From positions 768,001 to 832,000 of the forward strand of contig CAVRAG010000008.1 of the NCBI GenBank assembly GCA_963718895.1: a stretch of DNA of 64,000 nt. The letters run 5' to 3'. Below, in pieces: positions 27,186 to 37,352 of the stretch; positions within the stretch are counted from its first letter, which is position 1; the number at the start of each line of letters is the position of its first letter. The notes below the pieces were generated by a model. The model had not been told where the DNA came from. It saw only the letters and a program-made list of their open reading frames with translations, and ran no database searches. This DNA comes from an uncultured Nitrososphaerota archaeon (GTDB taxonomy: Archaea > Thermoproteota > Nitrososphaeria > Nitrososphaerales > Gagatemarchaeaceae). Both the position numbers and the translations under genes were made by a program.

Positions 27186-27854
27186 TTGGATCAGGAAGAG
27201 CTTGATTCCCTCCTGCAACTAATCGAGAACCCTGTACGGCGCAGAATAATCAAGAGGCTGAGCCAGGAGCCGGGCTACGCGCTCCAGCTCTCCAAGGAGC
27301 TCGGACTTGGGCAGCCCCTCGTAGCCAAGCACCTTACGATAATGGAGCAAGCGGGCCTCGTGACCTCGGCGCCGGAGAGCAGCTCCAGCGGCCCCCGGAG
27401 AAAGAAGTACTCGCTGGCGAGGAGCGTCTCGATAACGATGGACGTCGCTCCGAACCTGTTCATCGAGCGAGGGGTGGCGTTCGAAAGCCACGCGCCGGGC
27501 AGGAGGGGGGCCCAGCGCGATACTGGAGTGCTCCGCGGTCGCGTCCAGAGCGCCGCGAAGGGCGGAGATGACAGAGAGCGACTCTCACTGCTCGCGGAGG
27601 CCCTGAAGGACGTGGACGCGAGGATGACCGAGGTCGAGGAGGAGCGGGTGGACCTGTTGGAGATCAGGAACCAGGCGATGCAGGAGGCCGCTAGGATCGC
27701 AGTCAAACTTGAAGGGCTCGACAAGAGGAGGGTGCTCTTTCACATCCTCGACGAGCACGACATGGAAGCCGAGAGCATCTCTGAGTCGCTGAACATCAGG
27801 GAGTTCGCCGTCAGGACAATCCTGAAAGAACTTGGAAGGGACTTCCTGGACTAA
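27186..27854 (+). CDS. ArsR-type wHTH with coiled coil, Phr/HSR-like archaeal heat-shock regulator
   Basis: IENPVRRRIIKRLSQEP.Y.LQLSKEL...VAKHL...GPRRKKY; adjacent to hsp20. Confidence 0.8.
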   Translation: MDQEELDSLLQLIENPVRRRIIKRLSQEPGYALQLSKELGLGQPLVAKHLTIMEQAGLVTSAPESSSSGPRRKKYSLARSVSITMDVAPNLFIERGVAFESHAPGRRGAQRDTGVLRGRVQSAAKGGDDRERLSLLAEALKDVDARMTEVEEERVDLLEIRNQAMQEAARIAVKLEGLDKRRVLFHILDEHDMEAESISESLNIREFAVRTILKELGRDFLD

Positions 27855-27873
27855 TCCGAACCGAATCTCCCAG

Positions 27874-28212
27874 TTACCTCGCCGGTCTCCTCTTGTCCGG
27901 CCGGGAAGCGTTCTGAGACTTGTTGTTCCAGGCCAGAGATAGGGCTCGGCGGACGGATTCTTCGCTGGCCTCCTCTAGAAGCACAGTTGTTGAACCTTTG
28001 CGGCCCCAGCCTCCTTTCACAGGCACGAAGGCCGCGGGCTCTTGTTTGACCAGGGCTTCCTGCTGCGTGGGTGTGAGAAGAACCACCCCATTCCCCTTGA
28101 AGAGGGTGGCGAATATCTTTCCATCGACGCGAAAATCCGGGTGATCCATGTGGCTGCCTTCTGCCGCGCCGGAGAAGCTGAGTGCCACCCTCGTGTATTC
28201 GTCCGGCGTCAT
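27874..28212 (-). CDS. MmcQ/YjbR family DNA-binding protein
   Basis: HMDHPDFRVDGKIFATL, GGWGRKGST. Confidence 0.85.
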   Translation of the reverse strand: MTPDEYTRVALSFSGAAEGSHMDHPDFRVDGKIFATLFKGNGVVLLTPTQQEALVKQEPAAFVPVKGGWGRKGSTTVLLEEASEESVRRALSLAWNNKSQNASRPDKRRPAR

Positions 28213-28238
28213 ATGTGTTAGATCACCCTAGCCACGCA

Positions 28239-28580
28239 TCACGCCAGCTTGAATTCCCAGCCCCACTCCTCCCCGCCATCCTTCGCGCTGTCGATGTACT
28301 GCACGAGATAGGCCACCAGCTGCTCCTTTGGAATCTCTTCTCCATCGTCATTCACGAACTCCATACCGTGCGGGTGGATACCATAGCTGCCCTCGAGGTC
28401 GGGGGCGGTCACGGAGCAGAGCTTGATGCTCACGGCACCGGAGGGACTGGAGAAGGCCAGGCTCGTCCCTGTAGAGTCGGTGAAGACATCGATCGAGCCC
28501 CCCTTCGGGACGCTCAACATCACCGGAACGAGCCTTTCGAGATTCTTCCCAATGATTTGCCAGGACCTTTGGCTGTCCAT
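28239..28580 (-). CDS. Hypothetical acidic protein
   Basis: 113-aa ORF with plausible composition and a TAAATA box upstream. Confidence 0.55.
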   Translation of the reverse strand: MDSQRSWQIIGKNLERLVPVMLSVPKGGSIDVFTDSTGTSLAFSSPSGAVSIKLCSVTAPDLEGSYGIHPHGMEFVNDDGEEIPKEQLVAYLVQYIDSAKDGGEEWGWEFKLA

Positions 28581-28771
28581 CGCATTTGATGAGATGATGG
28601 CGGATATTTACGGGTATTTTTTGGACCTTCGGTTCGCCAGTTCTATCGTGCCTCGGGACGGTGACGCCTGACCAAGCCGTAGAAGAAGAACCGGTGGCAA
28701 CAAAATCCACCTAAAGAGGAGGCCGGCGCATGCCATCGTAAGCGCGAGCGGTACGCGTTTCGGATATCTTC

Positions 28772-29209
28772 TCATGCGATCCATCGATGAAGGGCACCAT
28801 CCAGACTACAACTTCGTGGCTTAGCCGCTGCGGCCCCGTCTCCGAGCCGGCGCATTTGATATTTGCCCTGTCCCGTGTACTTCTCTGCAATCTTGTCTAT
28901 GTGCGCCTCTGCTCCATCGAAGGTCGACTCCTTGACGAGTCCCCTGATGACGGCCATGTTGTAGGGACTGGCCCGATCGCAGACATCGAGTGCTATCTTG
29001 GGGTTCTTTGTGGCGTTTCTGTGTTTTTGGCTCCCTTCGAAGGCGTTGATGGGGACGATGTCGCCTTCGTGATCCACCCAGGTCTGCGTGACGTGAGGGG
29101 AGCCGTCCGGCATCAAAGTGGCGACGTCAGCGTAGGTCCTTGCCTCGATGAGCTTCTTGACGGAATCCGGGAGCGGCTTCATCTTGAGCCAAATCATGTT
29201 TTGTGTCAT
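28772..29209 (-). pseudogene. PPOX-class F420-dependent enzyme with disrupted C-terminus
   Basis: Paralogue of 60788-61186 (ATLMPDGSPHVT..HIDKIAEKY) lacking the final RVxxRI strand. Confidence 0.7.
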
Positions 29210-29318
29210 ATCTGGTTAGTGGTTCTTTTGTCGGAATCCAATCCGGACTGGATACTGGCACCCAAGGCCAAGCCAAGACTTATCTTGGTTTGAACTCCGG
29301 CGAGTCGAGACAACCCCC

Positions 29319-30599
29319 GTGAACCCGAGCGCCGTCCTAGGGAACAGGAACTTCGCGCGCTTGTTTTTCGCAGGAGCCGCGTCGGTCGGAGGGTTCTCCA
29401 TAGGTCAGGTTGCCATCAACTATCTCGTCTACACCAGCACTCACTCCTCCCTCGATCTGGCAGTCACCGGGGTCGCCTTCACCATCGCTCTGGTGAGCCT
29501 CAGCCTCTTCGGCGGGACACTTGCGGACAGGCAGGACAGAAGGATGCTGATGATCGTGTGTGATGCGGTGCGAGCTGTGTCTCTCGCGCTGGTGACAATC
29601 GCCCTCCTCTTCCTGGGGTTCAACCTCTGGCTTGTTCTTGCTGGGAGCTTCGCCCTGGGAGCATTCAGTGCAGTCTTTCAGCCTGCAGAGCGTGCGATGA
29701 TCCCCGCGATCTTGGAGAAGGACCAGCTCGCCGATGCCAACGGCCTGATCCAGCTCACCTCCTCTCTGGCGCAGGCACTCTCGAACGCGCTGGGAGGCGC
29801 TCTGGTAGTCATAGTCGGGGCCATCCTAGCCATCGGCCTCAATTCGGTGACCTTTCTCGTCTCGGGACTCCTCATCGCCACGCTCACCACGCACAGGCCC
29901 TCTCCGGGGGAGGCGGCCGCCGAGAATCCAGCGCCGGCGAAGGCGAAGGCGGGTTTCTTCGAGGACACGCGCGAGGGGATGAGATACCTAGTGCACAACA
30001 GAGGTCTGCTGTTGCTCACCGTCTCAGCGGGGATCGTAAACCTCTTCTTCGGGATGACGCTGCCCTTCATCCTCATCTACACAACGCAGATGCTGCAAGG
30101 CGGCGCAACTACCTACGGAATCTTCCTCGGCTTGTTCTCGCTGGGCGCAGCCCCAGGCGCGCTCCTGGTCGGGAGGACCGGCGCTGTGAAGAGGGCCGGC
30201 CTCGTCTGGATCCTGACGGGTGTCCTCATAGGGATCCTCATCGTGGCCCTCGTCCTGATTCCGGAGCCTATCGTGGCCTTTTCGGCCATCTTCCTTGTCG
30301 GAGTGTTCATCGGCTTTGCCGTGACGACGTGGCTCTCGATAGTGCAGATCATAGTCCCGAACGAGATGCAGGGAAGATACTTCGGAATCGACCAGCTCGG
30401 GAGCCTCGCCGTGATCCCCGTCGGCCAGATAATAGGCGGACTTGCAATCGCCGCTTTCGGGATATCGTGGACGTATGGGATCGCTGGGGGAGGGATTGTG
30501 CTGACGACGCTTCCTTTTCTTGCGTCTGCCGACTTGCGGAAGCTAGGGTACTCCAAGGCTCAGGAGCGGCGGACGGATGTTCAATCCGAAGCCCGTTGA
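29319..30599 (+). CDS. MFS transporter (DHA3/macrolide-efflux-like)
   Basis: GGTLADRQDRR motif A; 12 TM; VPNEMQGR. Confidence 0.9.
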   Translation: MNPSAVLGNRNFARLFFAGAASVGGFSIGQVAINYLVYTSTHSSLDLAVTGVAFTIALVSLSLFGGTLADRQDRRMLMIVCDAVRAVSLALVTIALLFLGFNLWLVLAGSFALGAFSAVFQPAERAMIPAILEKDQLADANGLIQLTSSLAQALSNALGGALVVIVGAILAIGLNSVTFLVSGLLIATLTTHRPSPGEAAAENPAPAKAKAGFFEDTREGMRYLVHNRGLLLLTVSAGIVNLFFGMTLPFILIYTTQMLQGGATTYGIFLGLFSLGAAPGALLVGRTGAVKRAGLVWILTGVLIGILIVALVLIPEPIVAFSAIFLVGVFIGFAVTTWLSIVQIIVPNEMQGRYFGIDQLGSLAVIPVGQIIGGLAIAAFGISWTYGIAGGGIVLTTLPFLASADLRKLGYSKAQERRTDVQSEAR

Positions 30600-30679
30600 T
30601 CCTCTGATGTGGTTGGGCCTGGGATCTGCTGGCGGCAGGGAGATATCAAAGCAGGAGGAGTGACAATTGCCGTCCCGTC

Positions 30680-31612
30680 CTATGGACTGGCTTGTTGCGA
30701 CAGAGGTGGGACGACTTGGATCTCGAACAGATTGGGCCACATCTTCCCAGTAACGAAGAGCTGGTTGGTCTGTGCGTCGTACGCAATCCCGTTCAGGACG
30801 TCGTTCGCGAGGTCGCAGTTGCAACCCGTCAGGTTTTCTATCCCGGTGAGATCTATCCAGGCGGTAACCTGCCCCGTCGCTGGGTTGATCACCGCTATCC
30901 TGTTGGTGAGCCAGACGTTGGCGAAGATGCGTCCGTTGATGTACTCCAGCTCGTTGAGGTTGTCGACCGGGGCGGTCCCATCGCGCACGGTTATCTCGCC
31001 TGTCCTTTGGAACGTCTCGGGGTTCAGGAAGTAGAGGTTGTCGCTCCCGTCGGACATGATGAGCTGGGTGCCGTTGTCGGTAAGCCCCCAGCCCTCGTCG
31101 GGGTAGGTGAAGTTCCGGAGCAGGCTGAACGTCTTCAGGTCATAGACGAACCCCATGTGGCTCTGGTAGGTCAGCTGGATTATCGTGTTGTTGAATACCG
31201 TGATTCCCTCCCCGAAGTACTGGTCGGGCAGGTGGTAGATCTGGAGGACAGCTCCCGTGGTCAGGTCGACCCGGCGCAGGGACGAGTCTCCGTTGAGGCC
31301 CGTGCTCTCGTATAGGGAGCCGTTGTAGTACGTGAGCCCCTCTGTGAAGGCTCCTGTGTCGTGAGGATAGGTGTTGATGACCTTGTAGGAGTAGACAGAA
31401 GCCGTCGATGCGATACTTGTGACAGTCGTCGCCGTGTTGAGGGAGTGCGTGCCAGAGGAAGCCGATGAAGTGTTTCCGGGGGTTGCGAAGTAGTAGGTCG
31501 CTGCGGCACCCCCCGCAAGCAGGATGGCCACGAGGACGATGGCGAATGTGAGCTTTCCGGTCCTTCCGATGGCCCTTCTCATGTCAACGGTGGGAGCGGT
31601 TTCGCGCTTCAA
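30680..31612 (-). CDS. Glutaminyl-peptide cyclotransferase (plant/bacterial beta-propeller type), membrane-anchored
   Basis: PHD..AFTEGL, ESTG, FGEGIT, EGWGLT, SDGS, LNELEY, VLNGIAY, VTGKMW. Confidence 0.93.
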   Translation of the reverse strand: MKRETAPTVDMRRAIGRTGKLTFAIVLVAILLAGGAAATYYFATPGNTSSASSGTHSLNTATTVTSIASTASVYSYKVINTYPHDTGAFTEGLTYYNGSLYESTGLNGDSSLRRVDLTTGAVLQIYHLPDQYFGEGITVFNNTIIQLTYQSHMGFVYDLKTFSLLRNFTYPDEGWGLTDNGTQLIMSDGSDNLYFLNPETFQRTGEITVRDGTAPVDNLNELEYINGRIFANVWLTNRIAVINPATGQVTAWIDLTGIENLTGCNCDLANDVLNGIAYDAQTNQLFVTGKMWPNLFEIQVVPPLSQQASP

Positions 31613-31738
31613 TTATGCGTTTGTCCTGCAGTCCTGCAGGGATCTTCTTCCGGGTCGGGCTGCTCGCAGAACCTTTGGGGACTCGACCCGATTACATTAT
31701 AGGCAGCGACTGGCCGTACGCTCGAAGCGCAAGATAAC

Positions 31739-32633
31739 GTGACGGCCCCCGACGTAGGCAGACTGCGGACGGAGTTCAAGGCACCTCACGAGCTCGTGAC
31801 GACCTCTGACGGCAAGACGATCTTCCTCAGGCACTGGGTGGGGGCGAGGCCGGATCTTGCAGTCCTCATCTTCCACGGGATAACGGCGCATAGCGAGCCC
31901 TACGGGAAGCTCCTTGCGGAGGAGGTTGCGAGAGCCGGTTTCAACGTGTTCGGGATGAATCTGAGGGGGCACGGGTTGTCCGACGGGACGAGGGGCGACT
32001 ACCCGAGCAGGAAGAGGCTCTCGAAGGATCTGTGCGAGACGATAGAGTTTCTCAAAGGAAGATTCCCGAAGGTCGTCGTGCTCGGGCACAGCCTCGGCGT
32101 CCTCTCCGCCGTGGCCGCGGTAAACAGTTGCGGGGCAAAGGTGGATGGCCTCATCCTTCTCAGTGCTGGGAAGAAGGTCAGACCGGGCGCCTACGGCAAG
32201 CCATCTGCGGGCGCCTCTCTGAAGACGCTCATCGGAATCACGCTGCTTCCCGGAAGCCGACTGATAGAGTACAAGAGGCGGGGGATGAGCGGCCGCGATC
32301 GATCCCCTCTTCAATTTCCACTACTCGGCCAGGTTCTACTCTACCCTGTACGGTACGAGCGCCATGTCGGTCGTCAGGATGCTTGGGAAGAGTGTTATCG
32401 ATTCACCGAACCTCGTCATCTCAGGAGGGCTGGACGTCCCCCTGCTGGTCGGTGTGGGCGACCAGGACGAGCTCTTCTCAGAGGACTCCGCAAGAGAGCT
32501 CTTCGATGGCATCGAATCCCCCAGCAAGGAGTTCATCGTCATCCCGGGTGGACGGCACGCGGCATTTCCTGATGGTTCATGGGTGCCGCTCGTAGCGTGG
32601 CTGGGAAAGAACTATCCCCCCGAACGGAAATGA
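31739..32633 (+). CDS. Alpha/beta hydrolase (lysophospholipase-like), +1 frameshift near 32300
   Basis: HGITAH, RGHGLS, GHSLG nucleophile; GDQDELF and GGRH in the next frame. Confidence 0.85.
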
Positions 32634-32854
32634 GGACTCGACAGGTACCCCTTCCCGAAACAAGACCGCGGCGACCTAGGAAGGTCCAGTCTAGACTGCC
32701 GACAAACGCAAGAGCCAAGGGAGGTAGACTGGCCGGCAATGAGGTATAGTGGACGATCCGAAGGGATCAGGGCCCGGCCATCCGCTTCTCTATCTCCTGC
32801 TCCTTTGCCCTCGCCTGCTTGACCTGCCTGCCAAGGCGGGTGGAGAAGAGATAG

Positions 32855-33304
32855 TTGACCGCCCCGGCGTCCGACTCCTTGAACTCGAACTGGCTCTACA
32901 CAGTACAGGTTCAGAGCTCAGGCGCGTGTACCTTCGCGTACTGGGTGGGACTGGATAACGCGAACGATCCACTCGATATATCCATCATCGGTCCCCTCCA
33001 CCTCGTCGCCGTATTCAACTGCGGGGGTTCTCCGTCCAGCGTGACCGTCGTCTCGCAGATGATAGGTGGCGAGACCATCGCTGGGTACTACACCGTGACC
33101 TACAACTCCAACGGCAACATCATGTCAACGGGGTTCACGCCCAAGACGTACGGTGCCATGCCGGGGAACACCTACTGGGTTCTGGCAGACAGCTATGGAT
33201 CGTGCGCGTTCTCGCACTGGTCGGACGGAACGACCGCAAACCCGAGATCGGTCACGGTCTACAACTCGCCGGTCCTTCTGACAGCCGTGTACATGTGCGC
33301 GTGA
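32855..33304 (+). pseudogene. C-terminal Ig-like repeats of a surface protein, N-terminally truncated
   Basis: Two related units (SSGACTFAYW..AVFNC; SYGSCAFSHW..AVYMC); no signal peptide. Confidence 0.5.
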
Positions 33305-33463
33305 AGAGGTAGAGCCTACCTCTTCTCACATCTTTTTGATCGACCGCTTCGCAAGCACTCTTCTGAGACCCAGGTCCGTGGACTCACGTGGCCCTGAGAG
33401 ATAATAAAGCGGGCCTCCTCGGAGTGTTAACATCCGGTACACTCGAATCAAGCGAGGGGCGTC

Positions 33464-33952
33464 TCATCTGGTGGCCGGGGCGGCTCCGGGGACATACTCT
33501 CTCCAGATCTTCAGCCTTGAGATCGTGTAGGCAAAGACGAAGCCAACTGCCACAGCGATGATGTAGGCTATCGTGTAGAAGATCACGGTTGAGAGCAAGA
33601 GAGTGAGGACGTACTGGATCGCCGTGGCGACCGAACCGTTGAGGAAGTATTTGGAGAAGCGGTGGCGCGACAGAAGGGGGCTTCGGAAGACGACCTCGGA
33701 CTTCCAGGTGTAGTCAGTGAAGATCGAGGTCAAGACGGCGACTAGGGTAGAGACGGGAAGAGCGAGACCCACGTCGTGAGTGAGGAGATAGAGCCACCCG
33801 TCGATAATCAGGGCGTTCACCGCTCCCGTCCCTGCGTAGACTATCGAGAGCCGGTTCACGTAGAACCTGAAGACCCTCCTGATCGTCACTGCAATCACAC
33901 CACGGGCTCGCTGCCAACGGTCAAAAAGAAGATGTATGTTTGCTTCTAGCAA
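33464..33952 (-). CDS. GtrA-like membrane protein
   Basis: 4 TM with GtrA-like spacing; start uncertain. Confidence 0.6.
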   Translation of the reverse strand: MLEANIHLLFDRWQRARGVIAVTIRRVFRFYVNRLSIVYAGTGAVNALIIDGWLYLLTHDVGLALPVSTLVAVLTSIFTDYTWKSEVVFRSPLLSRHRFSKYFLNGSVATAIQYVLTLLLSTVIFYTIAYIIAVAVGFVFAYTISRLKIWREYVPGAAPATR

Positions 33953-33997
33953 TCGACTTCCTTGAGTCCCGGTGGGAGACCCATGGGCGTAACTTTG

Positions 33998-34645
33998 TTA
34001 CGCCTCTTCCATCTCGGCCTCAGACCGGCCAACCGTGACCGGAATCTCGGGGAACGTGCCCTGCATCCTCGATTCCGCCACTGCTGCCGCCTCGGAGAGG
34101 ACACCCTCTGCCTCCTCGTTGGCGACGCCGAAGTCTATCGAGGAGCCGCTCACCGAACCCGCGTCCACGAGGATTCCGCCGAGCAGGCTCGATATCTCGC
34201 TCATCCCACTCTCCGCCTCGGGCACGAGCCCCGAGAGGCTCTGCCTCATGCCGCTCAGGATGGAGGTGGCTGGAGCGAGAGTCGTTATGATGTCGCCCAT
34301 GTCACTTATCGTGTTGAGTCTCAGGTTGATCTGCTCGAGAGCGAGCCTCGACTGAGTCACCATCCTGTTCATCTTCCTTAGCTCTCCCAGCTCGTTCGCA
34401 TAAACGGACGCCCTGGCGGAATCGTGCTTCTGCGTAGCGGCCACGATCTTGTTGAAGAGGGCGGTGTCCTTTTCGCGCAGCTTCGCCATGGTCGAGTCGA
34501 GCCTCCCAATTACGCCTTGAATCTCACGGTTCGCCTGGTCAAGACGGGGCTTGAGAGGCGTACTCTGGTTGACGCTACCGCGCAGCCTCGTTCCCAATCC
34601 GGGTCCCTTCTTCTTTTCATTCCAATTCGCAGAGAACTGTGACAT
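33998..34645 (-). CDS. ESCRT-III/Snf7 (CdvB-like) paralogue
   Basis: PLKPRL...RASVYANELGELRK...LALEQINLRLNT..DMGD..LAPA; acidic tail; no wH extension. Confidence 0.9.
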   Translation of the reverse strand: MSQFSANWNEKKKGPGLGTRLRGSVNQSTPLKPRLDQANREIQGVIGRLDSTMAKLREKDTALFNKIVAATQKHDSARASVYANELGELRKMNRMVTQSRLALEQINLRLNTISDMGDIITTLAPATSILSGMRQSLSGLVPEAESGMSEISSLLGGILVDAGSVSGSSIDFGVANEEAEGVLSEAAAVAESRMQGTFPEIPVTVGRSEAEMEEA

Positions 34646-34767
34646 AACAGCTATTCGATGGCCGAAGGAGGTTATACCGGCGAGGGTGAAGGAGACTTCA
34701 CGCTTAGATTAACCCTGCGTCCCGGAGAGTCGTTGTGGAACCGGCACCCGCTCGGTGTCGAGACCCT

Positions 34768-35238
34768 TCAGATCCACCGGCGCACTCTTGCCTTGTAGGC
34801 GCTGAACTCATCTCCGAACTTCGCCTGAAGATACCGTTCCTCGCGAGGTATCTGAATGCGGTCGAAGAGGACCAATACGATAAGGAGCATGACCAGGATG
34901 TACGCCGAATTGAGGATCAGGGCCACACTGAGGTACAACGTCCCGAATGCCAGATAGATCGGGTTCCTGGTGAACCTGTAGGGGCCGTCCTGGACCAACT
35001 TGGCGCTAGGAGTCCATGGCATTAGGGCCGTCTGGTGACGCTTGAACGAGAGCCTCGCAGAAGCGAACAGCCAGACTCCGGCGACCAGCGGGACGACTGC
35101 GGCGAGCCATGTCCATGCGCCGCTCCAGATTGGTACAGGGAAGAAGATGTTGATCACTGCGCCTCCTATGAGGCCACCCAGGAAGACCAAGGCAACTGGG
35201 ACGAAAGCGCCGGCGGCTTTCGATCGGGGCTCAGTCAT
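34768..35238 (-). CDS. Isoprenylcysteine carboxylmethyltransferase/PEMT family membrane protein
   Basis: LVQDGPYRFTRNPIY, EERYL..KFG.EF..YK..VRRWI. Confidence 0.88.
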   Translation of the reverse strand: MTEPRSKAAGAFVPVALVFLGGLIGGAVINIFFPVPIWSGAWTWLAAVVPLVAGVWLFASARLSFKRHQTALMPWTPSAKLVQDGPYRFTRNPIYLAFGTLYLSVALILNSAYILVMLLIVLVLFDRIQIPREERYLQAKFGDEFSAYKARVRRWI

Positions 35239-35357
35239 GAGATTCGCCGCATAAGAATTGTATATACGTACTCCCGAGGCGCTATGCTTCCCGCGATGGG
35301 CCTGAGCGTTACCCCCCGGGGAATCCTTAAGGTTCAACAAATCACCAAGAGGCCTTC

Positions 35358-35786
35358 GTGCACCTCGAGACCGCGGTCACGGTAAGAGCAGCCCGCGATA
35401 AGGTCTACGCGGTGTACACCGACTTCGATTCGATGTCGAAGTGGGCGAAGGTGCGAGGCGCCGTGACGGTGACCAAGAGGGAAGGGGACATGGTATACCT
35501 GGAGAGTGAGGGGAGACCCGACAGGAGAGGGCAGAAAGCTGCCCGGAGTCTGAAGCTCACGGAGCCGAGCTTGGTCGAGTCCGAAAGCGAGACGAGGTTC
35601 ACCCGGACGAAACGGACCGTATCCTTCGAGGAGGTCCCTGGGGGGACGAAGGTGACGGCCAGACTCGACGTCCATGTGAAGGGGTTGTGGGCTAAGCTCC
35701 TGTCAACAAGGGAGAGCGAGGAGTTTGAGCCTCAGATTCGGGAAGAATTGGCATCCTTCGCCCGCTACGTCGAGGGACTGCCCTGA
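35358..35786 (+). CDS. SRPBCC (START-like) protein
   Basis: VRAARDKVYAVYTDFDSMSKW; FEEVPGGTKVT. Confidence 0.8.
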   Translation: MHLETAVTVRAARDKVYAVYTDFDSMSKWAKVRGAVTVTKREGDMVYLESEGRPDRRGQKAARSLKLTEPSLVESESETRFTRTKRTVSFEEVPGGTKVTARLDVHVKGLWAKLLSTRESEEFEPQIREELASFARYVEGLP

Positions 35787-35849
35787 CCCAATTCTCTCTT
35801 GGCTTGGCGACCGAACCGGGCAAGATTTATCTGATTCCCATAGCAACCT

Positions 35850-36150
35850 CGATCGACGACCTTCTGCATACATGCAAAATATCCAGGCAAAGATGGGGAA
35901 ATCTTCCGAAGATTTCTGGAAACTTGCCAAAAAAAGGGGCTTCGTCAAGAACTCCGAAGTTGTCGCAACGCATGGAGTGAGGCTTGCCTGGCTCAAGTCG
36001 AAAGAGGTCGGGTTGGGACACGTCCACGCGAACTTCGTCACAACATATCTTCACGTGAAAACCGACGACCCCAAGGTCAGCGCTCAGATGAGAGAGCGGG
36101 CCGAAACCACTGGACATGCGGCGTCTTCAGGATGGGGGAGAGTGGACTAG
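35850..36150 (+). pseudogene. Degenerate DUF4287 paralogue
   Basis: Similar to 36576-36821 (AYMQNIQAKMGKS..GLGHVHAN); start region eroded. Confidence 0.65.
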
Positions 36151-36160
36151 AGCTTTGACA

Positions 36161-36478
36161 GTGAACAAGTCGTCGATCACCGGCCCCTTCGACACCACTG
36201 TAATCACAATCATCATCGTCATGGTAGTGGTAACCACGACGGTGGGCTACTCCGCGACACTCAACCCGAAGAGTTCGAGCACCGGACCCCTCGCTTCGAC
36301 AAGCACTTCTGGCGTCGAGACTTCCACCGCTCCAGCAGTCCTGGCGTGGAACCCGTCTGTCAGCTACCCGGTCACCGCTTTGACCCAGTCGTGCGTGGAG
36401 TCGGGCGGGTACATCTACTGCGTCGGAGGCGAGACGGAATCCGGCAGCGTCGTCAACAACGTCTGGTACTCTTCCTAG
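36161..36478 (+). pseudogene. Truncated Kelch-repeat surface protein
   Basis: Signal anchor, S/T stalk, a single SCV..GGYIYCVGG blade, then stop. Confidence 0.55.
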
Positions 36479-36575
36479 GGCCCTGCAATGATCAACAGGA
36501 CTCATCTGAGCGACACCCGCACTTGGTCATGGCTTCGCTCGGATAGGGTTAGGGCTTCTTGCACCCCGGAGTGTC

Positions 36576-36821
36576 TCACTTTGGCAGCTTCTTGCCGGTC
36601 AGCATTGGATCTTTGGTCTGGATGCGGAAGTAAAGAATCATCGCGTTTGCGTGGCCGTGTCCCAGACCCATGTCAGATTTGAGCCATCCAAGGAGCTCCG
36701 CATATTTCGCCACTATCTTTCCGTTCTTCACGAATCCCTTCTTCTTTGCCAGCTCTAGAAACTCTTCCGGTGACTTGCCCGTCTTTGCCTGGATATTCTC
36801 CAGATAAGCCTTGAATGTCAC
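36576..36821 (-). CDS. DUF4287 family protein
   Basis: MTFKAYLENIQAKTGKS...WLKSDMGLGHGHANA. Confidence 0.88.
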   Translation of the reverse strand: MTFKAYLENIQAKTGKSPEEFLELAKKKGFVKNGKIVAKYAELLGWLKSDMGLGHGHANAMILYFRIQTKDPMLTGKKLPK

Positions 36822-36878
36822 AACCCTTGGGCAGTACGAGCCGTGACACTTATTACTTTCACATTCCCAACTCGACCT

Positions 36879-37274
36879 ATGCTAGACAAGGCAGGTTTCG
36901 TGACCTTTGTCCCGGTCCGGAAGATGGACCGTGCGATAAAGTTCTACACGGAGGGATTGGGAGGCAAGCTGGTGGCCGGGGGGGAGGGCGAGATGAAGGA
37001 CTCGTTTGCCTCGGTAAAGATAGGAAAGAAGGAGTTCTGGCTGATAAAGCCGTCCGCTTGGGAGAAGCGGGAGCTCACGTACAACGCATTCGTCGTGGAC
37101 GACATCTCGGCGGAGGTCTCTGAGCTGAAGAGCCGCGGCATCAAGTTCAGCCGGGCCGAGCGGTCCGGGCCGGAGACGAAGATCGAGGGCCCAATCTCCC
37201 GCGACCCGTGGGGGGCCGAGGCCTTCTTCAAGGACTCAGAGGGCAACCTTCTGATGCTCTGGCAGGCCGTATAG
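36879..37274 (+). CDS. VOC/glyoxalase family protein
   Basis: PVRKMDRAIKFYTEGLG, FVVDDI, AFFKDSEGN. Confidence 0.9.
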   Translation: MLDKAGFVTFVPVRKMDRAIKFYTEGLGGKLVAGGEGEMKDSFASVKIGKKEFWLIKPSAWEKRELTYNAFVVDDISAEVSELKSRGIKFSRAERSGPETKIEGPISRDPWGAEAFFKDSEGNLLMLWQAV

Positions 37275-37352
37275 AAGCCCCCTGCCAAAGAACCGTCGGT
37301 GCGTGCGACCCCACTTTCGCCGGCACGATAGGTGCGAGCGTGCACCGCACCT

